IMG/VR virus record: IMGVR_UViG_3300017917_003822
Span: 62,001 to 126,000 of that record
Direction: 5' to 3' (one strand)
Length of the DNA stretch: 64,000 bases
Position 1 is the first letter of the stretch. Each line of letters starts with the position of its first letter. Shown piece by piece: positions 1-10,078 of this stretch. A program made the translations under genes and the position numbers. The notes below the pieces were generated by a model. That model did no database searches, was not told where the DNA came from, and was given only the letters and a program-made list of their open reading frames with translations.

Positions 1-53
1 TAGAAGAATTTGAGTATACCATTCACAGTCTTTAAAAAAAAGATTAATGGTAA

Positions 54-1904
54 ATGCCAAATGGACCTAGTGCTCAAGAGCAACTTTTAAGACAGAATGT
101 TTCTGATGTAGTAAACAGAAACAGTAATCTCGGATCTAATAATCCATTTAAAGGACCTACTGCTAGGAGTCTCTTCTATGATGCTGGGAGGAGAAATCCA
201 AGCAAATATGGTCAGTTTTTATTCTATGCTTTAGGTAACAATGATAATAACTTTGTTGACGCCTATTATAAATCTGAGAATGCTCAATATAATAGGAAAG
301 TATCCTCTTTAAAATCAAAAAATCCATCTGCCGGATATCTCGTAAGAGAAACAGCAACGCTGGAAGCACTTAGTGCCAATCCCAATGGTATCCTTTCTGG
401 ATTAGTTTCTAATTTCGAAAAAAACATAGTCGGTGGGTTATCCGCACCTTATTATTGGAAGGATTTCTTATACTGTAAGTATTATGGTACAATACCAAAT
501 AACTACATGATAACATTGAGAAGGTTTCCTACACCAGTTTTGGATAATCTCTCGGTTCCGGATTCCATAAAATCTTCGGAATCTTATAGAACCCAGGGAG
601 CGGGAAGACCCGTTGCCCAAGCAGTAACTTGGTTTGGTGGGAATACCGGAAACACTTTAAGTTCTCTTATTGAATTTAGTACTGGACTTGAATGGGCACC
701 AAGATCTCAATCCGATATAATAGAGCAGGAAGCTTTTTCTAAGGGTTTCTTTAATGATCTACCTTTTCAATGGTTTTCTCAGGCAGCTAGAGCAGCTACA
801 GGAACGGATGCACTTAGTAATGGTGCCAATGTTATCGGGGAGTCAGCAGTTATTGGTTTCGATCCAAATAACACATCCATAGAAAATCAAAGGTTTAGAG
901 GTTTAAGAGACAGAGCGAAGGACGGTAGAATGGGTCTTCTTAGTGAATATCAATGGGTTCCTATGGATGTCGTGAAGGACACTCAAGTTAGAACTTCTGG
1001 ACTTAAATTCACTTGGGGTGGACTAAGTATTGTTTTTGAATATGATTTGACCTCGGTCGGTGAGGTCAATACGAAGGCTGCTATGCTGGATATTCTCGGT
1101 AATTTACTTTCTATTGGAACCAATTATGGTAATTTTTTAACTCCCGATGTTCGATATCAATCTAATTTTGCTGGTATTGGTTTCCCTGGTGGTGATGCTG
1201 GACTTGCTCTGTTTTACAAGGACCCTTTGGCATTTTTGCTCTCCTATGGTGAAAAGATAGTTAACCCGAAGGGTGATGCCATCAAATCCGCTCAGGATGC
1301 ACAGATAACTGGACAAATAAATCCATCGGATTCTTCCAGTGGTACTTTTGATACCGAGGTTGCTGATCTAAAAGCACAGCTTTCTAAAATTAGTGAGGAT
1401 GGTATAAGTATAGATAAAATTAAAGATCTAGCTAAAAAATTTCCCGCAGCTTTTGGTAGAATATTACAGGGTGTAGTTACTCCGGATTTTTTAGAAAAAT
1501 ATCAAGCTTCTGCAAGTTTGCTGACTGGTGCTCCCATAGGGGAATGGCATTTGACGATAGGCAATCCTTGTAACCCGATTGCTATGATTGGAAATCTTAT
1601 ATGCGACGATGTTAAAATAACTTTTGGCGACACCTTGGGTCCTGATGATTTTCCAACCACACTTAAAGCAACATTTACCCTTGCGCATGCAAGAGCAAGA
1701 GAAAGAGGTGAGATCGAAAGTATATTCAACCGAGGGGATGGTAGATTGTATCAAACAACACTTAGTACATCTTCGAGTTCTCAATCTTATAGTGCATTTG
1801 CAGATACTGCGGGTAATATTTTAAGCGAGCAAACTAAGGATAATATACTTAATTTCAATTTTTATAAATCTGGATTACCAGATCAACAATCGCCAAATCA
1901 ATAA
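54..1904 (+). CDS. Putative baseplate/tail-tube-associated structural protein
   Basis: 616-aa ORF directly upstream of LysM/gp53-like and hub genes. The C-terminal beta-rich block (WHLTIGNP..MIGNLICDDVKITF..DDFPTTLKATFTL) resembles tube-fold baseplate cap proteins. Function inferred mainly from context. Confidence 0.45.
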   Translation: MPNGPSAQEQLLRQNVSDVVNRNSNLGSNNPFKGPTARSLFYDAGRRNPSKYGQFLFYALGNNDNNFVDAYYKSENAQYNRKVSSLKSKNPSAGYLVRETATLEALSANPNGILSGLVSNFEKNIVGGLSAPYYWKDFLYCKYYGTIPNNYMITLRRFPTPVLDNLSVPDSIKSSESYRTQGAGRPVAQAVTWFGGNTGNTLSSLIEFSTGLEWAPRSQSDIIEQEAFSKGFFNDLPFQWFSQAARAATGTDALSNGANVIGESAVIGFDPNNTSIENQRFRGLRDRAKDGRMGLLSEYQWVPMDVVKDTQVRTSGLKFTWGGLSIVFEYDLTSVGEVNTKAAMLDILGNLLSIGTNYGNFLTPDVRYQSNFAGIGFPGGDAGLALFYKDPLAFLLSYGEKIVNPKGDAIKSAQDAQITGQINPSDSSSGTFDTEVADLKAQLSKISEDGISIDKIKDLAKKFPAAFGRILQGVVTPDFLEKYQASASLLTGAPIGEWHLTIGNPCNPIAMIGNLICDDVKITFGDTLGPDDFPTTLKATFTLAHARARERGEIESIFNRGDGRLYQTTLSTSSSSQSYSAFADTAGNILSEQTKDNILNFNFYKSGLPDQQSPNQ

Positions 1905-1910
1905 TAAAAA

Positions 1911-2504
1911 ATGGGATATTTTAATATAGATACTCTATCGAAAAATAAATCGGTATTTAATCCAAGAACATCTTTGGAATCTACCAGCAGCTATGGTATA
2001 TGGGATCTAACAAAATCTTCAATATCATATAGAAACACGAACGTTGATATAGACACACTTTTCGTGGTCACTGAATATTATCAGATGAGACCCGATTTAA
2101 TAGCTGCAATAAAGCTTGGTGATCACTCCCTTGTTGGTTCCTTATTAAAGATTAATAATATAAGTAACCCCTTTGCTGTAAAAGAAGGAAATATCTTTAC
2201 AATACCGACGTTGGCTACAATTGAGAATACATTTAATAATAAAAAAGCACTTAATCAAGCTCAAGCTTCCTCTAATACAAATACCAATCCAAATCAGGTT
2301 TTTAGAGAGAATCAGGAGCAGAAAAAATTTAAGGTTAGTGAGGGACGCAAGAAATTCCTTGAATCGAAGATTAAAAATCAACCCTCGATGATATTACCAC
2401 CTAATGTTGCTCAACCTAACGATAGATCAATCGCTAAAAAAGATGGCTTCTTGATTTTTGCACCTAATGCGGGTGGGGGTGGATTCAATAGACCAGTAGA
2501 TTAA
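1911..2504 (+). CDS. Baseplate wedge LysM-domain protein (T4 gp53-like)
   Basis: MRPDLIA...LLKINNISNPFAVKEGNIFTIP is the LysM/gp53 signature; located in the baseplate cluster. Confidence 0.7.
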   Translation: MGYFNIDTLSKNKSVFNPRTSLESTSSYGIWDLTKSSISYRNTNVDIDTLFVVTEYYQMRPDLIAAIKLGDHSLVGSLLKINNISNPFAVKEGNIFTIPTLATIENTFNNKKALNQAQASSNTNTNPNQVFRENQEQKKFKVSEGRKKFLESKIKNQPSMILPPNVAQPNDRSIAKKDGFLIFAPNAGGGGFNRPVD

Positions 2505-2508
2505 GATT

Positions 2509-4065
2509 ATGACATCTGACGATATAAAATTTGGCACTCTTGCCCTAAATAACATAAAGCTCGATGAATTAATTAAAGTTGATTCATCAAACGGATCTGA
2601 TGATATTCAGACCAAGAGGAATCTTGGGGCTAACTCAGAATCTGCTACCGGTGTAGTAGCTCCATATATTTCAATAAACGGCTATAATGTTACTAATTAT
2701 TTAATCAATTTTCATCTTGATTTAAATGGATTTCTTCCAACTATTAGATTTTCTTTTAGTGTTGCTGAGACTGTTTTTATATCTGTCAATTACCCTAAGG
2801 ATGGAGATATAGTTTCAGTTTATATGAGATCTCCTGGTGATTTCTATAAGCCATTTAGAATGGATTTTAAAATATTGTCTGTTGATGGTGGACTTTCCAG
2901 CAGGTACTCCGAGAGCGGATCAGATCCGAATGGATCTTATTTTAAATTCATGATAATCGCAGAATGTAACATTCCTGGTCTATATACACCACGAATAAAG
3001 TCATTTAAATCAATGTCATCAAGCGATGCATTATTGGAGGCTTCTCAGGATATAAATTTAGGATTTTCTACCAATGAGAAAAGCACGGAGGATGAAATGA
3101 CCTGGATATGCCCGAATTATTCATATTATGATTTTATTCAGGAAGTTGCTATGAGGGCATATAAGGACGATGAATCTAGTTTTTATGATTGCTGGATCGA
3201 TAGTTATTATAATTTAAACTTTGCCAATCTTGGTAATCAATTTTCTTTCAACGGTGACCCGAAGCAGGAGATAACTGTAATTCCTGGATATACCAATCTG
3301 GGACTAAAAACGGATACGGCAATACCAGGTGCACCTACTGCAGATCCAGTTTCACTTCCTCTAGTTTTAACGAATGCGGTTGGTGCCGGAATAAATCCAT
3401 TTATGATAAATGGTTATACTCTAACATCCAGAGCTGGTAACAATACCAATAATATGGGATACATTACCACGATAGGATTTTATGATGAGACATTAGATTC
3501 AAAGGACGATCCGACTAAAAAATATGTTAAGTACGAGATAGAATCTCTAACAACCGACAATGTTCCGGTTGGCGGAATGCTTCAGAAAGGTAGAGCTAGA
3601 AGCAATGATTATAAAGAGGAAACTAGAAGGGAATGGCTGGGTGTTTTAAATAACGATCCGCAAACTGGAGAGGGAGTACATAAGAACTATTATCATGCAA
3701 AATATCAGAATCTTATAAATATAAACGATGTTACAAAAATGACATTGGAGGTAGAACTGAATGGCTATTTCCCCGGAATCTATAGAGGTCAAGTTATACC
3801 TGTTGTTATTTATGTTTTTGATGGTGGTACTAGACAACAAAACGTAGGTAAAGAAGCAAATAAAAAAACAAACACCGATCAGGTACCTACAAAGGACGAG
3901 TTTCTATCGGGGCTATATGTTATAATAGGTATGGATGTGACCTGGAGCGAAACGTCGGGAGGAATGAGACATATTTTATCATTATCTAAAAGAACTTGGG
4001 TTGCTAACGCTTCCGGTGCTATACCTAAAGCTTTCCCTATATCGGTTCAAAATAGACAATTTTAA
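2509..4065 (+). CDS. Baseplate hub protein (gp27/gpD-like)
   Basis: 518 aa between the gp53-like gene and the spike gene. Ends with LSGLYVIIGMDVTW..MRHILSLSKR, like hub proteins. Confidence 0.55.
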   Translation: MTSDDIKFGTLALNNIKLDELIKVDSSNGSDDIQTKRNLGANSESATGVVAPYISINGYNVTNYLINFHLDLNGFLPTIRFSFSVAETVFISVNYPKDGDIVSVYMRSPGDFYKPFRMDFKILSVDGGLSSRYSESGSDPNGSYFKFMIIAECNIPGLYTPRIKSFKSMSSSDALLEASQDINLGFSTNEKSTEDEMTWICPNYSYYDFIQEVAMRAYKDDESSFYDCWIDSYYNLNFANLGNQFSFNGDPKQEITVIPGYTNLGLKTDTAIPGAPTADPVSLPLVLTNAVGAGINPFMINGYTLTSRAGNNTNNMGYITTIGFYDETLDSKDDPTKKYVKYEIESLTTDNVPVGGMLQKGRARSNDYKEETRREWLGVLNNDPQTGEGVHKNYYHAKYQNLININDVTKMTLEVELNGYFPGIYRGQVIPVVIYVFDGGTRQQNVGKEANKKTNTDQVPTKDEFLSGLYVIIGMDVTWSETSGGMRHILSLSKRTWVANASGAIPKAFPISVQNRQF

Positions 4066-4071
4066 ATGTCG

Positions 4072-4079
4072 GATAAATA
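4072..4079 (+). promoter_or_regulatory. Putative late promoter variant GATAAATA
   Basis: Intergenic, 28 nt before the ATG; a hybrid of GATATATA and the T4 late box TATAAATA. Confidence 0.4.
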
Positions 4080-4099
4080 TAAGAAATAATAAACCTTAA

Positions 4100-6427
4100 A
4101 TGTCATTAGGAGCAACAGATAAGCAGAGGAGTTTATTCCTGAAAGGATTTAAATTATCCAAACAAGGTAACTATGAAGATCCAACATATCTTGGATTTAA
4201 GATAGTTATAGATTTTGGTACACTTCCAATTAGTGCGGATGATGGTCTTCCTCCTAGTCCTCTTTTTAAGGATGATAGCTATTACTATGGATCGACCAAC
4301 AGTTTCTTTGGACAGAATCCATTCGGTCAACCTCAGTATGATTATCTAACACCCTCACTGGATGGTAAGGTTGCTTATTATTCTGCTGCGAGTTATCTAG
4401 AACAGAGGGAGAGTGATTTTCCTTACGGAGGTAAAAGAGCTGACATGCTAAGGCAGTTTAAAATAATGTTTAGCGATCTTCTTTCAAATTCTCCTTGGTT
4501 CATACAATCAATAAACGGTCTGGATAATTTAGCAAAGGTTGCTAGACCTGGGTATCAACCAAATCCCACTGATGGTACATTTAGTCCACAGAGAACAGCT
4601 GGCAAGGTATTGGAATTCAGTACTTTGGAATCTTTAAATTTAAGAATGAGCGCTCTGGCGGATCTTTACAACCAGGCAACTTTCGATTATGATAACATGA
4701 GGGAACTTCTTCCTAGAAACCTTAGAAAATTCACCATGTACATTTTCGTCTCGGAAATTAGAAATTTCTTCAAAACATCCAGACTTATAGGTTCTTCCGC
4801 GGCACTTACAGCGATAGACAATCTATCCACATTATTAGGCTCCGGTAATAATCCAGGTAGTAATTTGGGTGTAGTTGATACCATAATAGGTGGACAACAG
4901 CAAAATTTTAAATCTGGTAATTCAAATATAAACCCAGCGAGTGGTTTTAATTCCTTTGTTGGGAATATACTTAATCAGTCCGGATTAGATAATGATCTTT
5001 CTCTTTTTAAGAATCAGCAGGACCAATCCGGAATAAAACCTATGTTGGTTTTCGAATGTCGAAATTGTGAGTTCGATTTTACTGACAGTACACCGATAGC
5101 ATCTTCCATCAACGTAGGGACTACCGCTGAGCAATCCACACAAAAATTTAAAATACACGTGGGTAAAGTTAGAATGAGAAACCAGTATCCAAATATTAGA
5201 CAAGATGGTAAACCATTAATTCTTGGTGATAGCTGGGATTCCGCTAGATCCTCTGTACAGAAATCCCCAAGGGATACAAATGATATACTTTCTCTTGGAG
5301 GTGAATTATTAACAAACTTTGTGAGCAATTCTCTTAATGATTTAATTAATGAGGGAGTCGCTAGTTTTATACAGCCAAATTTAGCAGGACTTGATAAATT
5401 GGTTCTTGGTAATGCATATAGTTTCAATCCTTCTCAATTAACCGCTGGATTTTCTTTTAATAATGCTCAAAACTTTCTTAATAGCTTAGATGGCGTTAAT
5501 GCCGGATTCAGAGAAACAACTCTACCAAATCCACAGTCAACTGGACTTGGTGGTCCACCTCAGAGAGTTTATCCTCCTCCTGGAGGACCTGATGCTTATG
5601 ATAGAGTTCCTGGACAGGATCTAGGTGTTCCTGATAGAGTTTATGCGGCACCTCAGGGTGATGTTTATAATGGTGTACCAGGACAGGATCTAGGTGTCCC
5701 TGATAGAGTTTATTCACAACCTGATGGTGACGCTTATGCGAATGTACCCGGACAGGATTTAGGAGTCCCTGATAGAGTTTATCCAGCCCCACAAGGAGAT
5801 GCATATGACACAGTACCTGGAGCAGACCTAGGGGTTCCTGACAGGGTTTACCCTCAGCCTTCTGGTGACGCTTATGCGAATGTCCCAGGACAGGATCTCG
5901 GAGTTCCTGATAGGGTATATCCTAATTTTAATGACGATGTTTATTCAGATGTCCCAGGACAGGATCTAGGTGTTCCGGATAGGGTATATCCTAATTTTAA
6001 TGACGACGTTTATTCTAATGTTCCTGGACAGGATCTTGGGGTTCCTGATAGAAATTACCCAGTTTTTAATGAGAGTGTTTATGGAGAAGCTCCTCCTTCT
6101 GGAAGGTTGAGTGAAACCCAAGTTTATCCTGACCCCGATTTCACTCCGGAAGTAAATAATCTGGGAGGTCAGGTTTACCCGGAAAGAAGGGTAGTTAATA
6201 GTTCAGGTGAGCTTAGAGATCCTTCGAATACATTTGAACAGAAACCTACCCCGGTTTATTCCAGACCTAAAGAAACCCCATCTAGGGGCGATATTGGAAA
6301 AGTTTATCCACCAACTAGTGGCGATTTTGTAATCGAAAAACCTATAGATTTAGGAAACCTAAAACCTCCAACAAAATATAACATAAGTAAGGGCGGTTTT
6401 AATACACCCGAAACTGAATTTGAATAA
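4100..6427 (+). CDS. Structural protein with seven 23-aa tandem repeats
   Basis: 775-aa ORF in the baseplate cluster with a globular N-half and a Pro/Asp-rich repeat C-half. Confidence 0.55.
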   Translation: MSLGATDKQRSLFLKGFKLSKQGNYEDPTYLGFKIVIDFGTLPISADDGLPPSPLFKDDSYYYGSTNSFFGQNPFGQPQYDYLTPSLDGKVAYYSAASYLEQRESDFPYGGKRADMLRQFKIMFSDLLSNSPWFIQSINGLDNLAKVARPGYQPNPTDGTFSPQRTAGKVLEFSTLESLNLRMSALADLYNQATFDYDNMRELLPRNLRKFTMYIFVSEIRNFFKTSRLIGSSAALTAIDNLSTLLGSGNNPGSNLGVVDTIIGGQQQNFKSGNSNINPASGFNSFVGNILNQSGLDNDLSLFKNQQDQSGIKPMLVFECRNCEFDFTDSTPIASSINVGTTAEQSTQKFKIHVGKVRMRNQYPNIRQDGKPLILGDSWDSARSSVQKSPRDTNDILSLGGELLTNFVSNSLNDLINEGVASFIQPNLAGLDKLVLGNAYSFNPSQLTAGFSFNNAQNFLNSLDGVNAGFRETTLPNPQSTGLGGPPQRVYPPPGGPDAYDRVPGQDLGVPDRVYAAPQGDVYNGVPGQDLGVPDRVYSQPDGDAYANVPGQDLGVPDRVYPAPQGDAYDTVPGADLGVPDRVYPQPSGDAYANVPGQDLGVPDRVYPNFNDDVYSDVPGQDLGVPDRVYPNFNDDVYSNVPGQDLGVPDRNYPVFNESVYGEAPPSGRLSETQVYPDPDFTPEVNNLGGQVYPERRVVNSSGELRDPSNTFEQKPTPVYSRPKETPSRGDIGKVYPPTSGDFVIEKPIDLGNLKPPTKYNISKGGFNTPETEFE
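5591..6073 (+). repeat. 7 x 69-bp coding tandem repeat (D[AV]YxxVPGQDLGVPDRVYxxxx[GDE])
   Basis: Read directly from the sequence. The units diverge at synonymous positions, and the core VPGQDLGVPDRVY is almost invariant. Confidence 0.95.
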
Positions 6428-6429
6428 TT

Positions 6430-7131
6430 ATGCCAAGTGAAAAGACTTATCTAGGTAGGGTAGTTGATATTAGGGATCCTCTTTATCAGGGTAGAGCTAA
6501 GATTGATGTTTTTGGATTTTTTGATGGTATCCCAGTGGAAGATCTCCCATGGGCGGAGCAGATAGCTGGTTTATCTTTTGGTGGAAATTTTGGTGGTGGT
6601 AATATTACCATACCTCGAGTTGGTGCTATAGTCGCTGTTCATTTCGAGGAGGATAACCATTATAAACTCACATACCACTATCTTAAAGAATTTGATCAGA
6701 CACTTTTAGATGAGTTAAAACAAGAAAATTCTTATGAAGGGACACATTCTCTTATCTCAGATTCAGAAGCTCAGCCAGGGGTACTTAAAATGATTTATAC
6801 AAGAAAGAATGGTCTGGTTTTTCAGCTTGGTGATGCGACAATACAACTAGATACTCAGAATGCTGGAACAGATAAGGAGAAACTTAGAATTAAAATAAAG
6901 ATGAATGAAGACGAGATCCGAATGGAAAAGAGTGGAGGAAAGCAGAAGGTTATAGTGAAATCTGAAAATATAGAGCTTGGCGAGGGAGCTGTTGAAAAAC
7001 TGGTTCTGGGTAATAAATTCCTTCAGCTATTTAATCAACACACCCATCCAACTGGTGTTGGACCATCGGGAGTTCCTATTCAGCCCATGGTGGATAATCA
7101 ACACTTAAGTCAGGTATCTAAAACTAAATAA
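6430..7131 (+). CDS. Baseplate central spike (gp5 OB-fold / gpV type)
   Basis: N-terminal GRVVDIRDPLYQGRAKI..LPWA..IPRVGAIVAVHF OB-fold motif. C-terminal FNQHTHP contains the HxH metal-binding tip motif. Confidence 0.85.
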   Translation: MPSEKTYLGRVVDIRDPLYQGRAKIDVFGFFDGIPVEDLPWAEQIAGLSFGGNFGGGNITIPRVGAIVAVHFEEDNHYKLTYHYLKEFDQTLLDELKQENSYEGTHSLISDSEAQPGVLKMIYTRKNGLVFQLGDATIQLDTQNAGTDKEKLRIKIKMNEDEIRMEKSGGKQKVIVKSENIELGEGAVEKLVLGNKFLQLFNQHTHPTGVGPSGVPIQPMVDNQHLSQVSKTK

Positions 7132-7133
7132 GA

Positions 7134-8831
7134 ATGCCAGCAAATTGGACATCATTTATTAGTAGCGTTAGTGCAAAATTTCAGTCGCAGGGAATAAGAG
7201 ATTCTGACGACCTGGCCGACTTTTTGACTAAACAATATGTTTCTGCCACTGTGGGTAAAGCACAATCACCATTTGGTAACCTTCATCAGAAGGGCAATGA
7301 TTCCATTATGAAATCTGCTTTTTCTAAGGCATTTAAGATGTTAGAGAACGAAAGAGTGCCTTCATTTGAGGATAAATCAGAGGATCCCCAGTATGCTGAT
7401 CTGGAGGAATCTCTTCCAGAAACGGATGCTGAAGGAGCTGCTGCTCAGGTTGAACTTGATTTTAGGGACTGGGCAGAAGCCAATAAAGAAACTATTCCTC
7501 CATTTAGGTATTCACAATTTTTTTCTCAGTTTCCCGGGTTTCCGAGAGACAGAAAACAGGTGGTCAGGGAAATAGCTAGAAAATTAATATTTCAATTTTC
7601 AATCTACCCTGATAGTTCATATATCCAATGGGTATATTCTCTGAGATACGGAAGTTATTCAGATTGGGGAAGAGAAGTTCTTGCCGAAATTGTTAAAATT
7701 ATTAAGCAGGAAACAACAAGTGATTTCAGAGTGGGAGAGGAAGTCCAAGGTTTTGCTAAATTTGAAAATTCGGTTAGATTTACCGGACGTGGATCATCAT
7801 CTAGAATAGCAAGCACTCTAGAAAACACTGACATAGACAACGTTGCTAAATTGCAGAGCGGGAATGTTCTGTTGAGAGGTAAGGTTGTCTCGGTAACTCA
7901 ACCTAAGGGAACAGGTTCACCGACATACAAGATCTCGTATTATGATAAAGTCGCAAAAAAATATTTAGTAAAAGAACTTAGACCCGGATCTATTCAGAAA
8001 AGAATAAGATTTGAAGATTTTGCCAGAACCCTGGAGGATGTAAATATAACAAATAGAATATTCCAGGAACAGAAGATATCTAATCCCAATAAGATACCTG
8101 ATTATATGTCAAGATCTTTTATAATCAAATTCTCATATTCACCGGCCTCCGATAAAAATTTTGTTTATCGAGCTTTTAAGTCTTCAAATTTAAATATACC
8201 AACTTCGGAGATTGATGATATTTTTTCCGCTAGTGATGTTTATTCACTATCGATAATAAATTTACTTTCCGCTAATTTTGGATTTTTTAGTAATAATATA
8301 GCTTCAGCTTTTAATTCGTTTGGTAGCAATTTTAATCTTCTGAATGATGTTAGAAATAGAAAGATTTCTGAATATAATGCAGAGGAAGAAAGGTACAGGA
8401 AACTCAAAATAAGATGGATTGAGGAAATAGCAAACGAAGCTAGAAAGAACGAGGACCCAGATAAGCCGGAAGATCCCTACTATATAATGGCCAAGGGGGT
8501 TATTGATTATTGGAAATCCACACTAGATCAACCGCTGTCACCAAATCCACCAGTTCCCCCAGCTGTAATATTACCTCCACTGGGTGGAAAATATGTTCCG
8601 ATTTATTATGGGAGTCAGGCAAATTTAGCTAATTATCTCAGAAGGGCTTTCAATAGTGGTAAAAGATTTAAAAGTGCACCCGAAATACCAATTGCCAGTA
8701 GAATTGTTGCGACCGCAATAGCTTTCTCTTTTGCTATGCATCTATTGGAGCTTAAATTCATCTATAGAGGTGGTATTCCAACAACGGGAAGCCCAGCTCC
8801 TATGATAGGTTTTGTCCCTCTGGTTTTTTAA
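7134..8831 (+). CDS. Hypothetical baseplate-associated protein
   Basis: 565-aa ORF starting 2 nt after the spike gene; no family recognised. Confidence 0.5.
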   Translation: MPANWTSFISSVSAKFQSQGIRDSDDLADFLTKQYVSATVGKAQSPFGNLHQKGNDSIMKSAFSKAFKMLENERVPSFEDKSEDPQYADLEESLPETDAEGAAAQVELDFRDWAEANKETIPPFRYSQFFSQFPGFPRDRKQVVREIARKLIFQFSIYPDSSYIQWVYSLRYGSYSDWGREVLAEIVKIIKQETTSDFRVGEEVQGFAKFENSVRFTGRGSSSRIASTLENTDIDNVAKLQSGNVLLRGKVVSVTQPKGTGSPTYKISYYDKVAKKYLVKELRPGSIQKRIRFEDFARTLEDVNITNRIFQEQKISNPNKIPDYMSRSFIIKFSYSPASDKNFVYRAFKSSNLNIPTSEIDDIFSASDVYSLSIINLLSANFGFFSNNIASAFNSFGSNFNLLNDVRNRKISEYNAEEERYRKLKIRWIEEIANEARKNEDPDKPEDPYYIMAKGVIDYWKSTLDQPLSPNPPVPPAVILPPLGGKYVPIYYGSQANLANYLRRAFNSGKRFKSAPEIPIASRIVATAIAFSFAMHLLELKFIYRGGIPTTGSPAPMIGFVPLVF

Positions 8832-8866
8832 GAAAAAAACTGACTTTACAAAGGAACTTCAGAGAT

Positions 8867-8874
8867 GATATATA
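8867..8874 (+). promoter_or_regulatory. Putative late promoter GATATATA
   Basis: Recurrent intergenic motif; upstream of the S1-like gene. Confidence 0.55.
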
Positions 8875-8917
8875 GTATAATAAATGAACTTTTAATTACC
8901 TTTAAACTAAAAAAAAT

Positions 8918-10078
8918 ATGAATTCGGATTCTTTCGACAATTTTGACTGGAACCTTACTGATGGACTAACAATTAATAAAAACATCAAAGTTCCTGGAGG
9001 ACATAAAATTTATTGCCACGAGCCATATGCTCAGGAGTTGGCAGAACTTTACTTTAACTCATACGAAGGATTAGATTTCGGATCCAAGGATCTGATTGAT
9101 GGTGCAGTTTATCCTTGTAGAATCGTTAATCTGAAGGAGGATGAGGCATTAGCACAGACTCAGTCAGGTCAAACAATTTATATCGATCTTAAAAAAGAGA
9201 GAAGAGATGCCGAGAGATTTAATTTGATAAATTTAACTTTCCATCCTGGAGAGGAAGTTAATGCTAGAGTTAGAAAATCAAACGGGAACTATATTGGATC
9301 GGTTATCGAATATTATTTACATAGTTTAAGAGCTGAACTTTTTGAACAAATTAAAAAAGAAAGCAGCGCTTATAGAATAAAAATCATTAGCGTTAATAAG
9401 GGAGGATATATTGCTGATCTGTCGGGTATTAAGTGTTTCTTACCTGGATCCCTAGCAGCTGCTAATAAAATCACGGATTTTGAATCATACATTGGCAAGG
9501 AGATGCACGTTATGATAGATGGATACGTGGAGGCTAAGGATATTTTCATTGTTTCTTATAAGAAATACCTTAACAAGATCATGGATTCTAAAATACAGGA
9601 ACTTGATCTTACTAAAAAATACAGAGGTTATGTTACAGGAACTAGTGACTTTGGTGTATTTGTTGAATGGGATAGCGTTTATACTGGACTTATACATAAA
9701 ACAGAATTCCCTGATGATAATTCACTAACCACTCTTTCTCCTGGATCAGAGATTGAGTTTTATGTTAAGGAGATTAAAGATAATAATCGATTGACTTTAA
9801 CTCTAGACAAACCATTAGAGAGAAATGTAATTATCCAGGATATCGAAAACCAGGTAAAGGATGGGACTTGCGAGCCTCTTGATGCTAAGGTTAAACACAG
9901 AAGAAAGAACGGTGCTTTGGTTGAAATTGCTCCTTATGGTATTATGGCTTTAATTCCTCAAGATAGACTTGGTAAAAAAGGAAATAACATAAAAAACGGA
10001 GATGACGTAAGTGTTATTCCTTATGAGGTTGATACAATCTCAGGAAAAATATATGTTGAATTAGTAAATGTCGGATAA
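8918..10078 (+). CDS. Ribosomal protein bS1-like protein (about 4 S1 domains)
   Basis: S1 domain 2-like NKGGYIADLSGIKCFLPGS...YIGKEM and domain 3-like GYVTGTSDFGVFVE...GLIHKTE, with further S1-like segments on either side. Confidence 0.85.
   Translation: MNSDSFDNFDWNLTDGLTINKNIKVPGGHKIYCHEPYAQELAELYFNSYEGLDFGSKDLIDGAVYPCRIVNLKEDEALAQTQSGQTIYIDLKKERRDAERFNLINLTFHPGEEVNARVRKSNGNYIGSVIEYYLHSLRAELFEQIKKESSAYRIKIISVNKGGYIADLSGIKCFLPGSLAAANKITDFESYIGKEMHVMIDGYVEAKDIFIVSYKKYLNKIMDSKIQELDLTKKYRGYVTGTSDFGVFVEWDSVYTGLIHKTEFPDDNSLTTLSPGSEIEFYVKEIKDNNRLTLTLDKPLERNVIIQDIENQVKDGTCEPLDAKVKHRRKNGALVEIAPYGIMALIPQDRLGKKGNNIKNGDDVSVIPYEVDTISGKIYVELVNVG

Noticed and set aside
5591-6073. 69-bp periodic repeat as a CRISPR array
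   Set aside because: It is in frame, varies at synonymous positions, lacks unique spacers of CRISPR size, and no cas genes are present.
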